A DNA stretch of 64,000 nt from an uncultured Streptococcus sp. (GTDB lineage: Bacteria > Bacillota > Bacilli > Lactobacillales > Streptococcaceae): contig CAURUY010000004.1 of the NCBI GenBank assembly GCA_963528105.1, positions 6,331 through 70,330 of the forward strand, given 5' to 3'. Below are positions 1-15,033 of the stretch, piece by piece. Below the pieces are notes generated by a model. That model was not told the origin of the DNA. It was given only the letters and a program-made list of their open reading frames with translations, and made no database searches. The translations under genes were made by a program, and so were the position numbers. Numbering within the stretch: the first letter of the stretch is position 1; each line of letters starts with the position of its first letter.

Positions 1-484
1 GCAGTTGGGATTGGATCAAGTTCTGCTCATGCCTGAGTATCAACCACCTCACGTAGACAAAAAGGAAACCATTCCTGAATACCACCGCCTCAAGATGCTT
101 GAATTGGCTATCGAGGGAATCGAAGGCCTAGCTATTGAAACCATCGAGCTGGAGCGCAAGGGCATTTCCTACACCTACGACACCATGAAGCTTCTAACAG
201 AGAAAAATCCAGATACAGATTACTATTTCATTATCGGTGCCGATATGGTAGACTATTTGCCTAAATGGTACAGAATTGATGAGTTGGTGGAACTAGTTCA
301 GTTTGTAGGGGTTCAGCGCCCACGTTACAAGGCAGGGACTTCTTATCCAGTTATTTGGGTGGATATACCTCTCATGGATATTTCATCTAGCATGGTACGT
401 GACTTCATTGCCCAAGGTCGCACACCTAACTTTCTCCTACCCAAGCCAGTGTTAGATTATATTGAGAAAGAAGGACTTTACTGA
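1..484 (+). CDS. nadD: Nicotinate-nucleotide adenylyltransferase (5'-truncated by window edge)
   Basis: PPHxDK, SYTYDT, FIIGAD and ISSSMVR motifs; lies before yqeK and rsfS as in the conserved Firmicute operon; frame is open to the window start. Confidence 0.95.
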   Translation, partial: QLGLDQVLLMPEYQPPHVDKKETIPEYHRLKMLELAIEGIEGLAIETIELERKGISYTYDTMKLLTEKNPDTDYYFIIGADMVDYLPKWYRIDELVELVQFVGVQRPRYKAGTSYPVIWVDIPLMDISSSMVRDFIAQGRTPNFLLPKPVLDYIEKEGLY

Positions 485-1064
485 TGGCCTATCAAGACTA
501 TATCAACTGTTCCCGTGAGGAATTATTGAAAAAAATGGCAGAGCTTCTACCCGAGAAACGTTTGACCCATTGTTTGGGTGTAGAGCGCGCAGCTATTGAA
601 CTTGCAGAACGATTCGGAGTGGATGCCGAGAAAGCTGGTTTGGCAGGTCTTCTTCATGACTATGCTAAAAAGCTATCAGATCAAGAGTTTCTAAACTTGA
701 TTGACCGTTATCAACTTGACTCTGATCTAAAAAACTGGGGTAATAATGTCTGGCATGGCATGGTCGGTATCTACAAGATTCAGGAAGATTTAGATTTGAA
801 AGATTCTGAAATTTTGCGTGCAATAGAAATCCATACAGTTGGAGCTAGTCAAATGACGGACCTTGACAAGGTTATCTACGTCGCAGACTATATCGAGCAC
901 AATCGTGCCTTTCCAGGGGTGGACCAGGCGCGTGAGATTGCAAGCTTATCACTCAATAAGGCTGTAGCTTACGAAACAGCTCACACAGTGGAACATTTAG
1001 CTCATCAGGGATTTCCCATATATCCCCAAACCCTTGAAACCTATAACGCTTATGTGCACTATTT

Positions 1065-1077
<13 letters not shown>
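484..1077 (+). CDS. yqeK: HD-domain Ap4A hydrolase YqeK
   Basis: [22 protein letters not shown] and YVADYIE HD motifs; operon position. Confidence 0.9.
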
Positions 1078-1944
<867 letters not shown>

Positions 1945-1950
1945 GAGATG

Positions 1951-1980
1951 AACTCAGTTGTAATCAACTGGGTTTTATTT
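1951..1980 (+). terminator. Probable intrinsic terminator after rsfS
   Basis: AACTCAGTTG-taat-CAACTGGGTT stem followed by T-rich tract. Confidence 0.6.
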
Positions 1981-2054
1981 GCTTAATTTAGAAGAAAATC
2001 GTTAGAAAGGTGAGAGCGAGTGGTATTTCCAGAGGTGCTCTTGGTATCATGATT

Positions 2055-2795
2055 ATGGCAACATACGAAACCTTTGCGGCTGTTTACGATGCTGTGATGG
2101 ATGATAGTTTATACGATAAATGGATGGACTTTTCTCTGCGTCATTTACCCAAGACTAAGGAGAGAAAGAAACTCTTGGAACTGGCTTGTGGGACAGGGAT
2201 CCAATCTGTCCGATTTTCTCAAGCAGGTTTTAATGTGACTGGGCTTGATTTAAGCGCGGATATGTTGAAAATTGCCGAGAAGAGAGCTTCTTCAGCCAAG
2301 CAAAAGATTGATTTTATGGAAGGCAACATGCTGGATTTATCCAAGGCGGGGAAATACGACTTTGTGACCTGCTATTCCGATTCTATCTGCTACATGCAGG
2401 ATGAAGTGGAAGTAGGGGATGTCTTTCAAGAAGTCTATAATGCTCTCAATGAGGACGGGGTCTTTATCTTTGATGTGCATTCGACTTACCAGACAGATGA
2501 GGTCTTTCCTGGCTATTCTTATCATGAAAATGCAGAAGACTTTGCCATGCTCTGGGACACCTATGAAGATGATGCACCACATTCTATCGTGCATGAGTTG
2601 ACCTTTTTTATCAAGGAAGCGGATGGTTCCTTTAGTCGTCACGATGAGGTACATGAGGAACGAACTTACGAAGTCTTGACCTATGATATCTTGTTGGAAC
2701 AAGCTGGTTTTAAGTCTTTCAAACTCTTTGCAGACTTTGAGGATAAGGAGCCGACAGAGACTAGTCTCCGTTGGTTTTTTGTGGCACAGAAGTAG
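2055..2795 (+). CDS. Class I SAM-dependent methyltransferase (YqeM-like)
   Basis: LLELACGTG motif I, GLDLS; start at ATG 2055 (MATYETFA) preferred over GTG 2010, start uncertain. Confidence 0.85.
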   Translation: MATYETFAAVYDAVMDDSLYDKWMDFSLRHLPKTKERKKLLELACGTGIQSVRFSQAGFNVTGLDLSADMLKIAEKRASSAKQKIDFMEGNMLDLSKAGKYDFVTCYSDSICYMQDEVEVGDVFQEVYNALNEDGVFIFDVHSTYQTDEVFPGYSYHENAEDFAMLWDTYEDDAPHSIVHELTFFIKEADGSFSRHDEVHEERTYEVLTYDILLEQAGFKSFKLFADFEDKEPTETSLRWFFVAQK

Positions 2796-2804
2796 GAGAT
2801 TACC

Positions 2805-3902
2805 ATGACCATTACAGGTATTATCGCGGAGTTCAATCCCTTTCATAATGGGCACAAATACCTACTGGAACAGGCGGAGGGACTGAAAATTGTGGCCATG
2901 TCTGGAAATTTCATGCAACGAGGAGAGCCAGCTATTGTGGACAAGTGGACACGGGCCCATATGGCACTAGAAAACGGTGCGGACTTGGTAGTGGAATTGC
3001 CCTTTTTAGTCAGTGTTCAGGCAGCGGATTTCTTTGGACAAGGAGCAGTAGATATCTTGGCACGGTTGGGGGTTGATACCCTAGCCTTTGGGACAGAGGA
3101 AGTTCTGGATTACCAGCAAATTGCTGATTTATATGCAGAACGTGGTCAAGAGATGGAATTCTTCATGGAAAACTTACCTAATTCCCTATCTTATCCCCAG
3201 AAAACCCAAGCCATGTGGAAGGAATTTGCAGGTCTTGATTTTTCTGGTGATACGCCTAATCATGTCCTTGCTCTAGCCTATGCCAAAGCAGTTGCTGGAC
3301 GAAATATCAAGCTTCATCCAATCAAACGTCAGGGGGCAGGCTACCATTCGGTGGACAAGGATGTTGACTTTGTATCTGCAACAGCCCTCCGTCAGCACCA
3401 ATCAGACCGAGATTTCTTAGAACGCTTTATGCCTTCTGTCACTCTTTTTGAACAGACGTGTAAGGTGAGTTGGGATAACTATTTTCCCTTGCTCCACTAT
3501 CAAATCTTGTCAAATCCAGACCTAACCGCCACCTATCAGGTCAATCAAGAAATGGCAGTGCGCATCAAGGAGGCTATTAAGACAGCCCAATCTGTAGAGG
3601 AATTAGTCGAAACAGTTGCGACCAAACGGTACACCAAGGCGCGTGTGCGACGCCTCTTGACCTATATCTTGGTGCAAGCCAGAGAAAGCGACTTGCCAGA
3701 AGGTATTCACGTCCTTGGTTTTACCGAAAAAGGCAGACAACACCTTAAAGCTCTCAAGGAGCAAGTTAATCTAGTTAGCCGAATCGGCAAAGAACCCTGG
3801 GATTTTATGACCCAAAAGGCAGACCAGATTTACCAGCTAGGGAACCAAGGCATAAGAGAGCAAAATTTTGGCAGAGTGCTAATTAAAATTGAATCAAATT
3901 AA
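2805..3902 (+). CDS. tmcAL: HIGH-motif nucleotidyltransferase, tRNA(Met) cytidine acetate ligase family (YlbM/TmcAL)
   Basis: [29 protein letters not shown] and KRYT motifs. Confidence 0.8.
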   Translation: MTITGIIAEFNPFHNGHKYLLEQAEGLKIVAMSGNFMQRGEPAIVDKWTRAHMALENGADLVVELPFLVSVQAADFFGQGAVDILARLGVDTLAFGTEEVLDYQQIADLYAERGQEMEFFMENLPNSLSYPQKTQAMWKEFAGLDFSGDTPNHVLALAYAKAVAGRNIKLHPIKRQGAGYHSVDKDVDFVSATALRQHQSDRDFLERFMPSVTLFEQTCKVSWDNYFPLLHYQILSNPDLTATYQVNQEMAVRIKEAIKTAQSVEELVETVATKRYTKARVRRLLTYILVQARESDLPEGIHVLGFTEKGRQHLKALKEQVNLVSRIGKEPWDFMTQKADQIYQLGNQGIREQNFGRVLIKIESN

Positions 3903-4116
3903 CTCTACTAAGCAGTAGGCTTTTTACTTATTTTTTTGTAAAAAATTCTTTAAAAATTTAGTTAGGGAGAATAGCTTATTTTACTAGGGAAACTGAAGAA
4001 AACAACTCCTAAAATGACAAAAACAACTTTTATTTTGGTTTGTGAAAAAGATTTTTTTGTGGTAGAATATAAAAGAATGTATTTCATTCGATAAACAAAT
4101 ATAATGAGGTAAAAAC

Positions 4117-5730
4117 ATGGAAATCATGACGATTGGGATTGTTGTTTTTGCCGTCATCATTGGTTTAGTCATTGGATATGTCAGCATCTCAGCCAAGATG
4201 AAATCATCTCAGGAAGCTGCAGAGTTGATGCTTTTAAATGCTGAACAAGAAGCAACTAATTTACGTGGACAAGCTGAACGTGAAGCGGATTTGTTAGTAA
4301 ATGAAGCCGAACGTGAAAGTAAGTCTCTTAAAAAAGAAGCACTATTGGAGGCCAAAGAGGAAGCCAGAAAATACCGTGAAGAAGTGGACGCTGAATTCAA
4401 GTCAGAGCGTCAAGAACTCAAGCAAATCGAAAATCGTTTGACAGAACGTGCTAGCAGTCTTGATCGCAAAGATGACAATTTGACGAACAAGGAAAAAACA
4501 CTTGAACAAAAAGAACAAAGTATTTCTGATAGAGCAAAAAACCTTGATGCACGTGAAGAGCAATTAGAGGAAGTCGAAAGACAAAAAGAAGCTGAACTAG
4601 AACGCATTGGTTCCCTTTCTCAGACAGAAGCGAGAGATATTATCCTCGCTCAAACTGAGGAAAACTTAACCAAGGAGATTGCTAGTCGCATTCGTGAAGC
4701 AGAGCAGGAAGTTAAGGAACGCTCAGACAAGTTAGCAAAGGATATTTTATCCCAAGCTATGCAGAGAATTGCTGGTGATTATGTAGCTGAGTCTACAAAC
4801 TCAACAGTCCAACTTCCTGATGATACGATGAAAGGTCGCATTATCGGACGTGAAGGTCGAAATATTCGTACCTTTGAAAGTTTGACGGGTGTTGATGTGA
4901 TTATTGATGATACACCTGATGTCGTAACCTTGTCAGGTTTTGATCCGATTCGTCGCGAGATTGCCCGTATGACGATGGAAACCTTGCTCAAAGATGGTCG
5001 AATTCATCCAGCTCGTATCGAAGAGTTGGTTGAGAAAAATCGTCTAGAGATTGACAATAAAATTCGTGAATACGGGGAAGCAGCAGCCTATGAGATTGGC
5101 GCACCAAATCTTCATCCTGACTTGATGAAGATTATGGGACGTTTGCAATTCCGTACATCTTACGGACAAAATGTTTTGCGTCACTCCATCGAAGTTGCCA
5201 AGCTATCTGGTATTATGGCTAGTGAGCTTGGTGAAAATGCAGCTCTTGCCCGCCGTGCAGGATTCCTCCACGATATTGGAAAAGCCATTGACCGTGAAGT
5301 CGAAGGTAGCCACGTTGAAATTGGTACGGAGTTGGCTCGCAAGTATAAAGAACATCCGGTTGTTGTCAATACTATTGCAAGTCACCATGGTGATGTAGAG
5401 CCAGAGAGCGTTATTGCAGTTATCGTTGCTGCAGCAGATGCTTTAAGTGCTGCTCGCCCAGGTGCTCGTAGCGAATCTCTCGAAAGTTACATCAAACGTC
5501 TTCATGATTTGGAAGAAATTGCGAACGGCTTTGAAGGAGTTCAAAATAGCTTTGCCCTTCAAGCGGGACGTGAAATCCGCATCATGGTCAATCCAGGTCA
5601 AATTAAGGATGACAAAGTTACAATCCTAGCTCACAAAGTTCGTGAGAAAATTGAAAATAACCTTGATTACCCAGGAAATATCAAGGTAACTGTAATTCGC
5701 GAGCTTCGTGCAGTAGATTATGCAAAATAA
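4117..5730 (+). CDS. rny: Ribonuclease Y
   Basis: N-terminal TM helix, coiled coil, KH ([13 protein letters not shown]) and HD (LHDIGK) domains. Confidence 0.97.
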   Translation: MEIMTIGIVVFAVIIGLVIGYVSISAKMKSSQEAAELMLLNAEQEATNLRGQAEREADLLVNEAERESKSLKKEALLEAKEEARKYREEVDAEFKSERQELKQIENRLTERASSLDRKDDNLTNKEKTLEQKEQSISDRAKNLDAREEQLEEVERQKEAELERIGSLSQTEARDIILAQTEENLTKEIASRIREAEQEVKERSDKLAKDILSQAMQRIAGDYVAESTNSTVQLPDDTMKGRIIGREGRNIRTFESLTGVDVIIDDTPDVVTLSGFDPIRREIARMTMETLLKDGRIHPARIEELVEKNRLEIDNKIREYGEAAAYEIGAPNLHPDLMKIMGRLQFRTSYGQNVLRHSIEVAKLSGIMASELGENAALARRAGFLHDIGKAIDREVEGSHVEIGTELARKYKEHPVVVNTIASHHGDVEPESVIAVIVAAADALSAARPGARSESLESYIKRLHDLEEIANGFEGVQNSFALQAGREIRIMVNPGQIKDDKVTILAHKVREKIENNLDYPGNIKVTVIRELRAVDYAK

Positions 5731-5737
5731 ATAAGAA

Positions 5738-5766
5738 AGAGCAGTTGAAAAATTACTGCTTTTTTG
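5738..5766 (+). terminator. Intrinsic terminator after rny
   Basis: AGCAGT...ACTGCT stem plus T run. Confidence 0.6.
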
Positions 5767-5826
5767 TTACACTAGATAGAAAGATTGTAGTAAGCAGAAA
5801 TGGCTTTATACTGTGAATTCTGATGA

Positions 5827-6492
<666 letters not shown>

Positions 6493-6516
6493 AAATTAGA
6501 AAACAGGTACAAACAA

Positions 6517-6831
6517 ATGATGCTTAAACCCTCTATTGATACCTTGCTTGACAAGGTCCCATCAAAATATTCACTCGTAATTTTAGAAGCAAAACGTGCC
6601 CATGAACTTGAATCTGGTGCACCTGCAACCCAAGAATTTAAATCCGAAAAATCAACTCTTCGTGCTTTGGAAGAAATTGAATCTGGGAATGTAACCATCC
6701 ACCCAGATCCAGAAGGAAAACGCGAAGCTGTTCGTCGTCGAATCGAAGAAGAAAGACGATTGAGAGAAGAAGAAGAAAAGAAAATCAAAGAGCAAATCGC
6801 GAAAGAAAAAGAAGAAGGTGAAAAAATTTAA
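6517..6831 (+). CDS. rpoZ: RNA polymerase omega subunit
   Basis: [27 protein letters not shown]; gmk-rpoZ-priA synteny. Confidence 0.95.
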   Translation: MMLKPSIDTLLDKVPSKYSLVILEAKRAHELESGAPATQEFKSEKSTLRALEEIESGNVTIHPDPEGKREAVRRRIEEERRLREEEEKKIKEQIAKEKEEGEKI

Positions 6832-6915
6832 GGTTGGGGGGACTCAATCTTATTTTTTCTATTGCAAGAATACTCAATCAATTAAAAGGATTTAACTAGC
6901 GGAGGAGGTGAGGAT

Positions 6916-9312
6916 ATGACTATTGCAAAAATCATTGTGGATGTCCCCTTGATGCAGACGGATCAACCATACAGTTATAAGGTTCCTGAGGAATTTGAAG
7001 GAATGTTGGAAGTCGGTATGCGAGTTCACGTTCCCTTTGGAAAGGCCAATCGCTTGATTCAAGGGATCGTACTTGGAATAGAACAAGAAAATGATGCGGA
7101 AGTGGCAGAAGATGACTTGAAAGAAATTGCTGAGGTGCTGGACTTTTCTCCAGTCTTAACGGAGGAACAACTCTGGTTGGCTGAAGAACTACGTAAGTCA
7201 GTTTTTTCATACAAGATTTCTATTCTAAAAGCTATGCTTCCTGGATTTTTGAACTCTAGCTATGATAAAATCCTCTATCCTCTGGAAGGCTTGAATCAGA
7301 AAGACAGAGACCGTTTGTTTGGATCGCAAGAGTCCTTAGCATTTTCATCTCTAGACTTAGAAAAGCAGGCTGAGATGATGCGCTTGACCCGAAAAGGACT
7401 CTTGAAGCTAGAGTATCAGGCTGTGGATCAGAAGAAAGTTAAAATGCAGTCTTGGGTTGAGGTCAATCTTGACAAACTAGAAAAACTAGAAATCTCAAAT
7501 CGCGCCAAGAAGAAATTGGAATTGCGAGATTATTTATTAGCACATCCTGAAACAGTTCCATTAGCTGATTTGTTAAAACATTACTCACGCGAACAAGTTA
7601 ACTTCTTTGTGGAACAGGGTGCCTTGACGATTCTTCAAAAAGAAGTGCAACGTTCAGCCGCCTACTTTGAAGGAATCGAGTCAAATCAAGCCTTAGAGTT
7701 AAATCCAGAGCAAAAACAAGCTTGTGAGGCGGTTGTTGGAGCGATTGGGAAGAAACACCCTCCATTTCTTCTACAAGGAATCACTGGAAGTGGGAAAACG
7801 GAGGTGTACTTGCAGATTATCCAAGGAGTCTTGGATATGGGGAAAACAGCGATCGTTTTAGTCCCAGAAATCTCTCTGACGCCTCAAATGACCGAGCGTT
7901 TCATTGCTCGTTTTGGTGAGCAAGTTGCCATCCTCCACTCAGGCTTGTCCAACGGTGAAAAGTACGACGAATGGCGCAAGGTCGAGCGAGGAGAAGCCCA
8001 GGTAGTCGTTGGGGCTAGATCTGCTATTTTCGCTCCTTTGAAAGATTTAGGCGTTATCATTATCGATGAAGAGCACGAGGCTAGCTATAAGCAAGATAGC
8101 AATCCTCGTTATCATGCTAGAGATGTGGCTCTTTTACGAGCTCAGTACAATCAAGCTGCCCTAGTCCTTGGTTCTGCAACACCGAGTCTAGAAAGCCGAG
8201 CGCGTGCTGGTAAGGGTGTTTATCAACATCTACGTCTGACTCAACGGGCCAATCCTTTAGCAAGTATTCCTGAAGTTCAACTTATTGACTTCCGTGATTA
8301 CATCGGGCAGAATGAAACATCAAACTTTACACCACCACTGATTGAGGCCATTCAAGATCGACTGGATAAAAAAGAGCAGGTTGTACTCATGCTCAATCGT
8401 CGTGGTTATTCTAGCTTTGTCATGTGTCGGGAATGTGGGACTGTTGATACCTGTCCAAACTGTGATATTTCCTTGACGCTACACATGGATACCAAAACCA
8501 TGAACTGCCATTATTGTGGCTTTTCGAAGGAAATTCCACATGTCTGTCCAAACTGTCAGAGTCGTAGCATTCGCTATTATGGAACGGGGACACAGAAAGC
8601 TTATGATGAGCTAGCGGAACTCTTTCCAGAGGCACGCATTCTACGCATGGATGTGGATACAACTCGTAAAAAAGGCAGTCACCAAGCTTTACTTGAACAA
8701 TTTGGCAATGGTGAAGCGGACATATTGCTAGGAACCCAGATGATTGCCAAGGGCTTGGATTTTCCAAATGTGACCTTGGTTGGTGTTCTCAATGCGGATA
8801 CAGCCTTGAATCTGCCTGATTTTCGTTCTTCTGAGAGAACCTTCCAACTCTTGACCCAGGTAGCAGGCCGTGCCGGTCGCGCTGAAAAAGTAGGTCAGGT
8901 CTTGATTCAGTCTTATAATCCACAACACTATGCAATTCGTTTTGCCAAGGATCAGGACTACGAAGGTTTCTATGCCTATGAAATGGGAATCAGACGTCAG
9001 TTGGGTTACCCACCTTATTATTTCACTATTGGAATCACCTTATCTCATAAAAAAGAAGAAGAGGTTCTCAAACGTGCTTATCAAGTCATGGAGATTTTGC
9101 GGTCAGGTTTATCGGATGCTAGTATCATCCTTGGACCAACACCAAAACCTATCGCTCGCACTCATAACCTCTATCATTACCAAATTTTGATTAAATACCG
9201 TTTAGAAGATGAGTTGGCTTCTACCCTTAATCAGGTCTTAGCTCTAACTCAAGAACGTGAAAATAGCGAACTTCGTCTCAGTATTGACCACGAACCGCAA
9301 CAATTTTTATAG
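6916..9312 (+). CDS. priA: Primosomal protein N'
   Basis: [16 protein letters not shown], four CxxC pairs, [19 protein letters not shown]. Confidence 0.97.
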   Translation: MTIAKIIVDVPLMQTDQPYSYKVPEEFEGMLEVGMRVHVPFGKANRLIQGIVLGIEQENDAEVAEDDLKEIAEVLDFSPVLTEEQLWLAEELRKSVFSYKISILKAMLPGFLNSSYDKILYPLEGLNQKDRDRLFGSQESLAFSSLDLEKQAEMMRLTRKGLLKLEYQAVDQKKVKMQSWVEVNLDKLEKLEISNRAKKKLELRDYLLAHPETVPLADLLKHYSREQVNFFVEQGALTILQKEVQRSAAYFEGIESNQALELNPEQKQACEAVVGAIGKKHPPFLLQGITGSGKTEVYLQIIQGVLDMGKTAIVLVPEISLTPQMTERFIARFGEQVAILHSGLSNGEKYDEWRKVERGEAQVVVGARSAIFAPLKDLGVIIIDEEHEASYKQDSNPRYHARDVALLRAQYNQAALVLGSATPSLESRARAGKGVYQHLRLTQRANPLASIPEVQLIDFRDYIGQNETSNFTPPLIEAIQDRLDKKEQVVLMLNRRGYSSFVMCRECGTVDTCPNCDISLTLHMDTKTMNCHYCGFSKEIPHVCPNCQSRSIRYYGTGTQKAYDELAELFPEARILRMDVDTTRKKGSHQALLEQFGNGEADILLGTQMIAKGLDFPNVTLVGVLNADTALNLPDFRSSERTFQLLTQVAGRAGRAEKVGQVLIQSYNPQHYAIRFAKDQDYEGFYAYEMGIRRQLGYPPYYFTIGITLSHKKEEEVLKRAYQVMEILRSGLSDASIILGPTPKPIARTHNLYHYQILIKYRLEDELASTLNQVLALTQERENSELRLSIDHEPQQFL

Positions 9313-9323
9313 AAGGAGAAAAG

Positions 9324-10259
9324 ATGACAAAACTAATCTTTATGGGAACTCCCGAGTTTTCAGCGACCGTTTTAAAGGGCCTTTTGACAGATGACCGCTA
9401 CGAGATTGTAGCGGTTGTAACTCAGCCAGACCGTGCTGTCGGCCGTAAAAAAGTTATCCAAGAGACCCCAGTCAAACAAGCTGCCAAAGAAGCAGGACTT
9501 CCTATCTACCAACCCGAAAAATTATCGGGTAGTCCAGAGATGGAAACTATCATGAATTTGGGAGCTGACGGCATTGTGACTGCAGCTTTTGGGCAATTTC
9601 TCCCAAGTAAACTCCTTGATAGCATGGATTTTGCAGTCAACGTTCATGCTTCTCTTCTTCCTAAACATCGTGGTGGTGCTCCAATTCATTATGCCTTGAT
9701 TCAAGGTGATGAAGAAGCAGGAGTGACCATTATGGAAATGGTCAAGGAAATGGATGCAGGAGACATGATTTCTCGTCGCAGTATTCCCATTACTGATGAG
9801 GACAATGTTGGAACTTTGTTTGAAAAATTGGCCATTGTTGGGCGTGATTTGCTTTTGGATACCCTACCTGCTTATATAGCTGGTGAAATTCAGCCAGAAC
9901 AACAGGACCCAAGTCAGGTTACATTTTCACCAAATATCAAACCTGAGGAAGAAAAATTGGACTGGAATAAGACCAATCGTCAACTTTTCAACCAAATCCG
10001 TGGGATGAATCCATGGCCAGTTGCTCATACCTTTCTCAAGGGAGAACGCTTCAAGATCTATGAAGCTCTGCCTGTAGAAGGTCAGGGGAATCCGGGTGAG
10101 ATTATTTCCATCGGTAAAAAAGAATTAATCGTCGCAACTGCAGAAGGAGCTCTGTCTCTCAAACAGGTTCAACCAGCAGGAAAACCTAAAATGGATATTA
10201 CTTCCTTCCTTAATGGTGTGGGACGAACGTTAGCAGTGGGAGAACGATTTGGTGACTAA
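9324..10259 (+). CDS. fmt: Methionyl-tRNA formyltransferase
   Basis: [29 protein letters not shown]. Confidence 0.97.
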   Translation: MTKLIFMGTPEFSATVLKGLLTDDRYEIVAVVTQPDRAVGRKKVIQETPVKQAAKEAGLPIYQPEKLSGSPEMETIMNLGADGIVTAAFGQFLPSKLLDSMDFAVNVHASLLPKHRGGAPIHYALIQGDEEAGVTIMEMVKEMDAGDMISRRSIPITDEDNVGTLFEKLAIVGRDLLLDTLPAYIAGEIQPEQQDPSQVTFSPNIKPEEEKLDWNKTNRQLFNQIRGMNPWPVAHTFLKGERFKIYEALPVEGQGNPGEIISIGKKELIVATAEGALSLKQVQPAGKPKMDITSFLNGVGRTLAVGERFGD

Positions 10260-11565
10260 ACTAGAAACGGCTAGAAGTTTAGCCTTGGAGGTGCTAGAGG
10301 ATGTCCTTGTCAATCAAGCTTACTCAAATATCACCTTAAATAAACACCTCAAGAGAAGTCAACTGTCAGCAGCAGACAAAGGCTTGGTGACAGAGCTGGT
10401 CTATGGAACAGTAGATCGAAAACTCACATTAGAGTGGTATATTTCCCACTTTATTGAGGATAGAGATAAGTTAGATAGCTGGCTCTATGTTCTACTTCTT
10501 ATGAGCCTTTATCAACTTCAATATCTAGATAAACTTCCTGACCATGCAGTGGTCAATGAAGCGGTAGAAATTGCAAAATCTCGTAAGAAAGGCAGTGAAA
10601 AACTTGTCAATGCTGTTTTGCGCAGTATTTTGCGTGAAGGTTTGCCAGATATTACTAGTATCAAACGTAAAAATAAGCGTGATTCCATTGCTTACTCTCT
10701 GCCAGTTTGGTTAGTTTCTAAACTCAAGGAAGAGTACGGAGAAGAGCGAGCGCAAGCGATTTTTGAAAGTCTTTTGCAAAGGAATAAAGCCAGTATCCGA
10801 GTGACAGATTTGAGCCGAAAAGAAGAAATTAAAGCTTTGCTTGGTGCAAGTGATTCGCTCTTGGCACCTACTGGTTTGGTCAAAGAGCAGGGGCATTTTG
10901 CAGGCCATGACTTATTTTCAGAAGGACTTATTACCATCCAAGATGAATCTAGTCAGTTAGTAGTGCCAACACTGGCCTTGCAAGGAGATGAGCAGGTTTT
11001 AGATGCTTGTGCCGCTCCTGGAGGGAAAACAGCTCATATAGCATCCTATTTAACTACTGGACAGGTGACAGCTCTGGATCTCTACGACCACAAACTCACT
11101 TTGATTCAAGAAAATGCAGAACGTTTAGGCGTAGCAGACCGTGTACAAACGCAGAAACTGGATGCTCGAAAAGTGCATGAGTTTTTTGGCAAGGATCAAT
11201 TTGATAAGATTTTAGTCGATGCTCCTTGCTCGGGGATTGGACTTTTACGCCGTAAACCAGATATTAAATACAATAAAGAAACAGCAGATTTCACGTCTTT
11301 ACAGGAAATTCAGCTTGAAATACTAGGTAGCGTTTGTCAAACGCTACGTAAAGGTGGTATAATAACTTATAGTACCTGTACTATTGTCTCAGAGGAAAAC
11401 TTTCAAGTCGTTCAGGCTTTTTTAGAAAGTCATCCCGAGTTTGAGCAGGTGAAACTAGAACATGAATGCAAGGATATTATGAAAGATGGATGTATTTTAA
11501 TTACTCCTGAATTGTATGGAAGTGACGGATTTTTTATCAGTCAATTTCGCAAGATATCCAATTAG
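10249..11565 (+). CDS. rsmB: 16S rRNA m5C967 methyltransferase RsmB (Sun)
   Basis: NusB-like N-terminus, [21 protein letters not shown]. Confidence 0.95.
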   Translation: MVTKLETARSLALEVLEDVLVNQAYSNITLNKHLKRSQLSAADKGLVTELVYGTVDRKLTLEWYISHFIEDRDKLDSWLYVLLLMSLYQLQYLDKLPDHAVVNEAVEIAKSRKKGSEKLVNAVLRSILREGLPDITSIKRKNKRDSIAYSLPVWLVSKLKEEYGEERAQAIFESLLQRNKASIRVTDLSRKEEIKALLGASDSLLAPTGLVKEQGHFAGHDLFSEGLITIQDESSQLVVPTLALQGDEQVLDACAAPGGKTAHIASYLTTGQVTALDLYDHKLTLIQENAERLGVADRVQTQKLDARKVHEFFGKDQFDKILVDAPCSGIGLLRRKPDIKYNKETADFTSLQEIQLEILGSVCQTLRKGGIITYSTCTIVSEENFQVVQAFLESHPEFEQVKLEHECKDIMKDGCILITPELYGSDGFFISQFRKISN

Positions 11566-11580
11566 GAAGGAACTGACACA

Positions 11581-12318
11581 ATGGAGATTTCATTATTAAC
11601 AGATGTGGGTCAGAAACGAACAAATAATCAGGACTATGTCAACCACTTTGTCAACCGAGCAGGTCGTACAATGATTATCTTGGCTGACGGGATGGGAGGA
11701 CATCGCGCTGGAAATATCGCTAGTGAAATGGCGGTGACTGACCTAGGTGTTGTTTGGGTAGATACTCAGATTGACACCGTGAATGAAGTTCGTGAATGGT
11801 TTGCAGAACATCTTGAGATCGAAAATCAAAAAATTTATCAAATGGGTCGTGATGATGCCTACAAGGGAATGGGTACAACTCTAGAAGCCCTTGCAATCAT
11901 AGATAATCAGGCTATTTATGCCCACATTGGAGATTCTCGTATCGGCTTGATTCGTGGTGAGGAATACCATCAATTAACAAGCGATCATTCTTTGGTGAAT
12001 GAATTACTCAAGGCAGGTCAATTAACACCTGAAGAGGCCGAGTCTCATCCACAAAAGAATATTATTACCCAGTCTATCGGACAAAAAGATGAGATTCAAC
12101 CAGATTTAGGGATTGTAAGCTTGGAGGCTGGTGATTATCTTGTTATGAATAGTGATGGCCTAACTAACATGATTTCAGGAAGCGAGATCTACGACATCGT
12201 GACAAGTGATATTCCACTTGATGACAAGGCAGAAACTTTGGTGCGTTTTGCAAACAATGCCGGAGGACTTGACAACATTACTGTTGCCTTGATTGCGATT
12301 GAGGAGGAATCAAAATGA
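11581..12318 (+). CDS. phpP: PP2C-type Ser/Thr phosphatase
   Basis: RTNNQD, ADGMGGH, GTT, HIGDSR, SDGL and DNIT motifs; overlaps stkP. Confidence 0.95.
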   Translation: MEISLLTDVGQKRTNNQDYVNHFVNRAGRTMIILADGMGGHRAGNIASEMAVTDLGVVWVDTQIDTVNEVREWFAEHLEIENQKIYQMGRDDAYKGMGTTLEALAIIDNQAIYAHIGDSRIGLIRGEEYHQLTSDHSLVNELLKAGQLTPEEAESHPQKNIITQSIGQKDEIQPDLGIVSLEAGDYLVMNSDGLTNMISGSEIYDIVTSDIPLDDKAETLVRFANNAGGLDNITVALIAIEEESK

Positions 12319-14174
12319 TTCAGATCGGCAAGATATTTGCCGGACGATATCGGATTATCAAACAAATTGGTCGTGGAGGCATGGCAGATGTCTACCTGGC
12401 TAAAGATTTGATTCTGGATGGGGAAGAAGTAGCAGTAAAGGTTCTAAGGACCAATTACCAGACTGACCCTATCGCTGTTGCACGTTTCCAGAGAGAAGCG
12501 CGTGCGATGGCGGACTTAGATCATCCTCATATCGTTCGAATTACGGATATCGGTGAAGAAGATGGTCAGCAGTACCTAGCTATGGAATATGTAGCGGGTC
12601 TTGACCTCAAACGCTATATCAAAGAACACTATCCTCTCTCAAACGAGGAAGCTGTTCGTATCATGGGGCAAATTCTTTTGGCTATGCGTTTGGCACATGC
12701 TAAAGGCATTGTTCACCGTGATTTAAAACCACAAAATATTCTTTTGACTCCTGATGGCACTGCAAAAGTTACAGACTTTGGGATTGCAGTGGCCTTTGCG
12801 GAAACTAGTTTGACACAGACCAACTCCATGTTAGGTTCTGTCCACTATCTATCACCTGAGCAGGCGCGTGGTTCTAAAGCGACTGTACAGAGTGATATCT
12901 ATGCAATGGGAATCATTTTCTTTGAAATGTTGACGGGACATATTCCTTATGATGGAGATAGTGCCGTTACTATTGCACTTCAGCATTTCCAAAAACCTCT
13001 TCCATCTGTTATAGCTGAAAATCCTTCAGTTCCACAATCGTTGGAAAATGTGGTTATTAAAGCGACGGCTAAAAAGTTAACAGACCGTTATCAAACAGTT
13101 TCAGAGATGTATGTGGATTTATTAAGCAGTTTATCCAATAATCGTCGCAATGAGCCAAAGTTGGTATTTGATGATTCAAGTAAGGTTGACACAAAAACCT
13201 TACCAAAGATTCCTCAGTCTACTTTAACTTCAATTCCTAAAGTACAACAGCCAGTTGATCGTCCTCAGACACAAAAACCAAATAAAAAGGCAACAAGTAA
13301 AGAAGTTGCTCCAAAACCAGTTAAGAAACGCCGTTTTAGAGCAAGATACTTGGTGCTTTTAGCTAGCTTTGTACTCGTTTTAGCATCTCTCTTCTGGATT
13401 ATATCGAAGACACCAGCTACTGTTGAAATTCCAAAAGTTGCAGGTCAAACTGTTGCTGAAGCTAAGGAAAACCTTAAAAAAGCGAATTTTGAAATTGGTG
13501 AGGAAAAGTCAGAAGCGAGTGATACGGTAGAAGAAGGGAGAGTTATCCGAACAGATCCAGATGCTGGCTCAGCTCGCAAGGAAGGGACTAAAGTCAATCT
13601 CATCGTCTCTTCAGGTAAACAATCATTTAAGATTGGAGATTATATTGGGCGTAAATCTACTGATGTTATTGCTGAGTTGAAGGAGAACAAAGTTCCTGAA
13701 AATCTGATTAAGATTGAGGAAGAAGAGACCAGTGAATGGGAACCAGGGGTGATTTTTAAACAAAGTCTCTCAGAAGGTACGACCTATGATCTCACCAAAG
13801 CGACCCCTATCGTTTTGACTGTTGCTAAAAAGAAAAAGGTAACGACGATAAATATGCCAAATTATGTTGGATATAGTCTTGAATTTGCTAAAAATAATCT
13901 TAAAAGTTTAGGTATTAGTGAAGATAAGATTGAGGTAAAAGAAGTGGATACTGTACAAGAAAGGATTAGTGAAGGAGAGGTTGCGAAACAAATTCCCGCA
14001 CCATATGAAAAACTAGATATAAACAACCCGATCGTTAAATTATATATCTATAAACCTAAAACAACAACGACAACAAATCCTGCCATAAGTAATCCTAACC
14101 GTGCAGAAACAGCTCCGCAGAATAGAGAAGGGCAGTCTAATCAAACAACCTCAAATCCATCAGGTGGACATTGA
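12315..14174 (+). CDS. stkP: PASTA-domain Ser/Thr protein kinase (three PASTA repeats)
   Basis: [22 protein letters not shown] helix and three PASTA-like repeats. Confidence 0.95.
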   Translation: MIQIGKIFAGRYRIIKQIGRGGMADVYLAKDLILDGEEVAVKVLRTNYQTDPIAVARFQREARAMADLDHPHIVRITDIGEEDGQQYLAMEYVAGLDLKRYIKEHYPLSNEEAVRIMGQILLAMRLAHAKGIVHRDLKPQNILLTPDGTAKVTDFGIAVAFAETSLTQTNSMLGSVHYLSPEQARGSKATVQSDIYAMGIIFFEMLTGHIPYDGDSAVTIALQHFQKPLPSVIAENPSVPQSLENVVIKATAKKLTDRYQTVSEMYVDLLSSLSNNRRNEPKLVFDDSSKVDTKTLPKIPQSTLTSIPKVQQPVDRPQTQKPNKKATSKEVAPKPVKKRRFRARYLVLLASFVLVLASLFWIISKTPATVEIPKVAGQTVAEAKENLKKANFEIGEEKSEASDTVEEGRVIRTDPDAGSARKEGTKVNLIVSSGKQSFKIGDYIGRKSTDVIAELKENKVPENLIKIEEEETSEWEPGVIFKQSLSEGTTYDLTKATPIVLTVAKKKKVTTINMPNYVGYSLEFAKNNLKSLGISEDKIEVKEVDTVQERISEGEVAKQIPAPYEKLDINNPIVKLYIYKPKTTTTTNPAISNPNRAETAPQNREGQSNQTTSNPSGGH

Positions 14175-14188
14175 GAGAATAACGAATC

Positions 14189-14225
14189 AATCTTTGTCAC
14201 AGTTTTTGTGACAAAGATTTTTTTT
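14189..14225 (+). terminator. Intrinsic terminator after stkP
   Basis: AATCTTTGTCAC...GTGACAAAGATT stem plus T run. Confidence 0.8.
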
Positions 14226-14273
14226 CCTTCAAAATTATGATAAAATAAAAGGGAGTTTTGAAAGGAGGGAAAC

Positions 14274-15032
14274 ATGGACGAATCAAAAAAGCTGAATGCA
14301 GTTATTGATGTCATCATGCTAGCAGGAACGATACTGCTTCGAAATGGATCTGAGATTTATCGTGTTGAAGATACCATGATTCGGATTGCTCATTCACAGG
14401 GCATCATGGATTGTAATGTTTTAGCTATGCCTGCAGCCATTTTTTTCTCCATTGAAAATACAAATATTTCTCGCATGAAGCGAGTAACCTCTTCGGCTTA
14501 CAATATTGAGAAGGTTTGTGATGTTAATCAGATTTCAAGGCAACTTGTGTCAGGGCAGATTGATTTGGAAACAGCTTTTAATCAACTAAAGGAATTGAAT
14601 GCCAAAGCATCTCCCTACACCAATGTTCAGTTAACTATTGCAGCAACACTCAGTGCCCCCTTCTTTTCAATTATGTTTGGTGGAAATCCTTACGATGCCA
14701 TTGGAGCAGGGGTGGCGACCTTATTTGCCTTCACTTTTTCTCTCTATGTAGAAAAGTTTATTCGCATTCCTTTCATGACAGCTTTTGCAGGAGCTCTTGT
14801 CTTTGGCTTGATTGCACAATTTTGGGCGCGTTATTCTGGCTTGCCATCTACAGCTGATTTAGTCATTGCTGGTGCGGTCATGCCATTTGTACCTGGGATT
14901 GCTCTGACAAATGCTGTTCGAGATATTATGACCAATCACATTAACTCTGGTATGAGCAAGATGTTTGAATCCTTGCTGATTACCCTTGCCTTAGGGGCTG
15001 GAACATCAGTCGCCCTTGTACTCATGAACTAA
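14274..15032 (+). CDS. ThrE-family threonine/serine exporter, large subunit
   Basis: GSEIYRVEDTMIRI, hydrophobic helices, VPGIALTNAVRD. Confidence 0.85.
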   Translation: MDESKKLNAVIDVIMLAGTILLRNGSEIYRVEDTMIRIAHSQGIMDCNVLAMPAAIFFSIENTNISRMKRVTSSAYNIEKVCDVNQISRQLVSGQIDLETAFNQLKELNAKASPYTNVQLTIAATLSAPFFSIMFGGNPYDAIGAGVATLFAFTFSLYVEKFIRIPFMTAFAGALVFGLIAQFWARYSGLPSTADLVIAGAVMPFVPGIALTNAVRDIMTNHINSGMSKMFESLLITLALGAGTSVALVLMN

Positions 15033-15033
15033 T

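Noticed and set aside
6781..6890. BOX-element-like words (AAAATCAAAGAGCAAA, AATACTCAAT)
   Set aside because: The first is rpoZ coding sequence and the second is too short; no boxA-B-C structure
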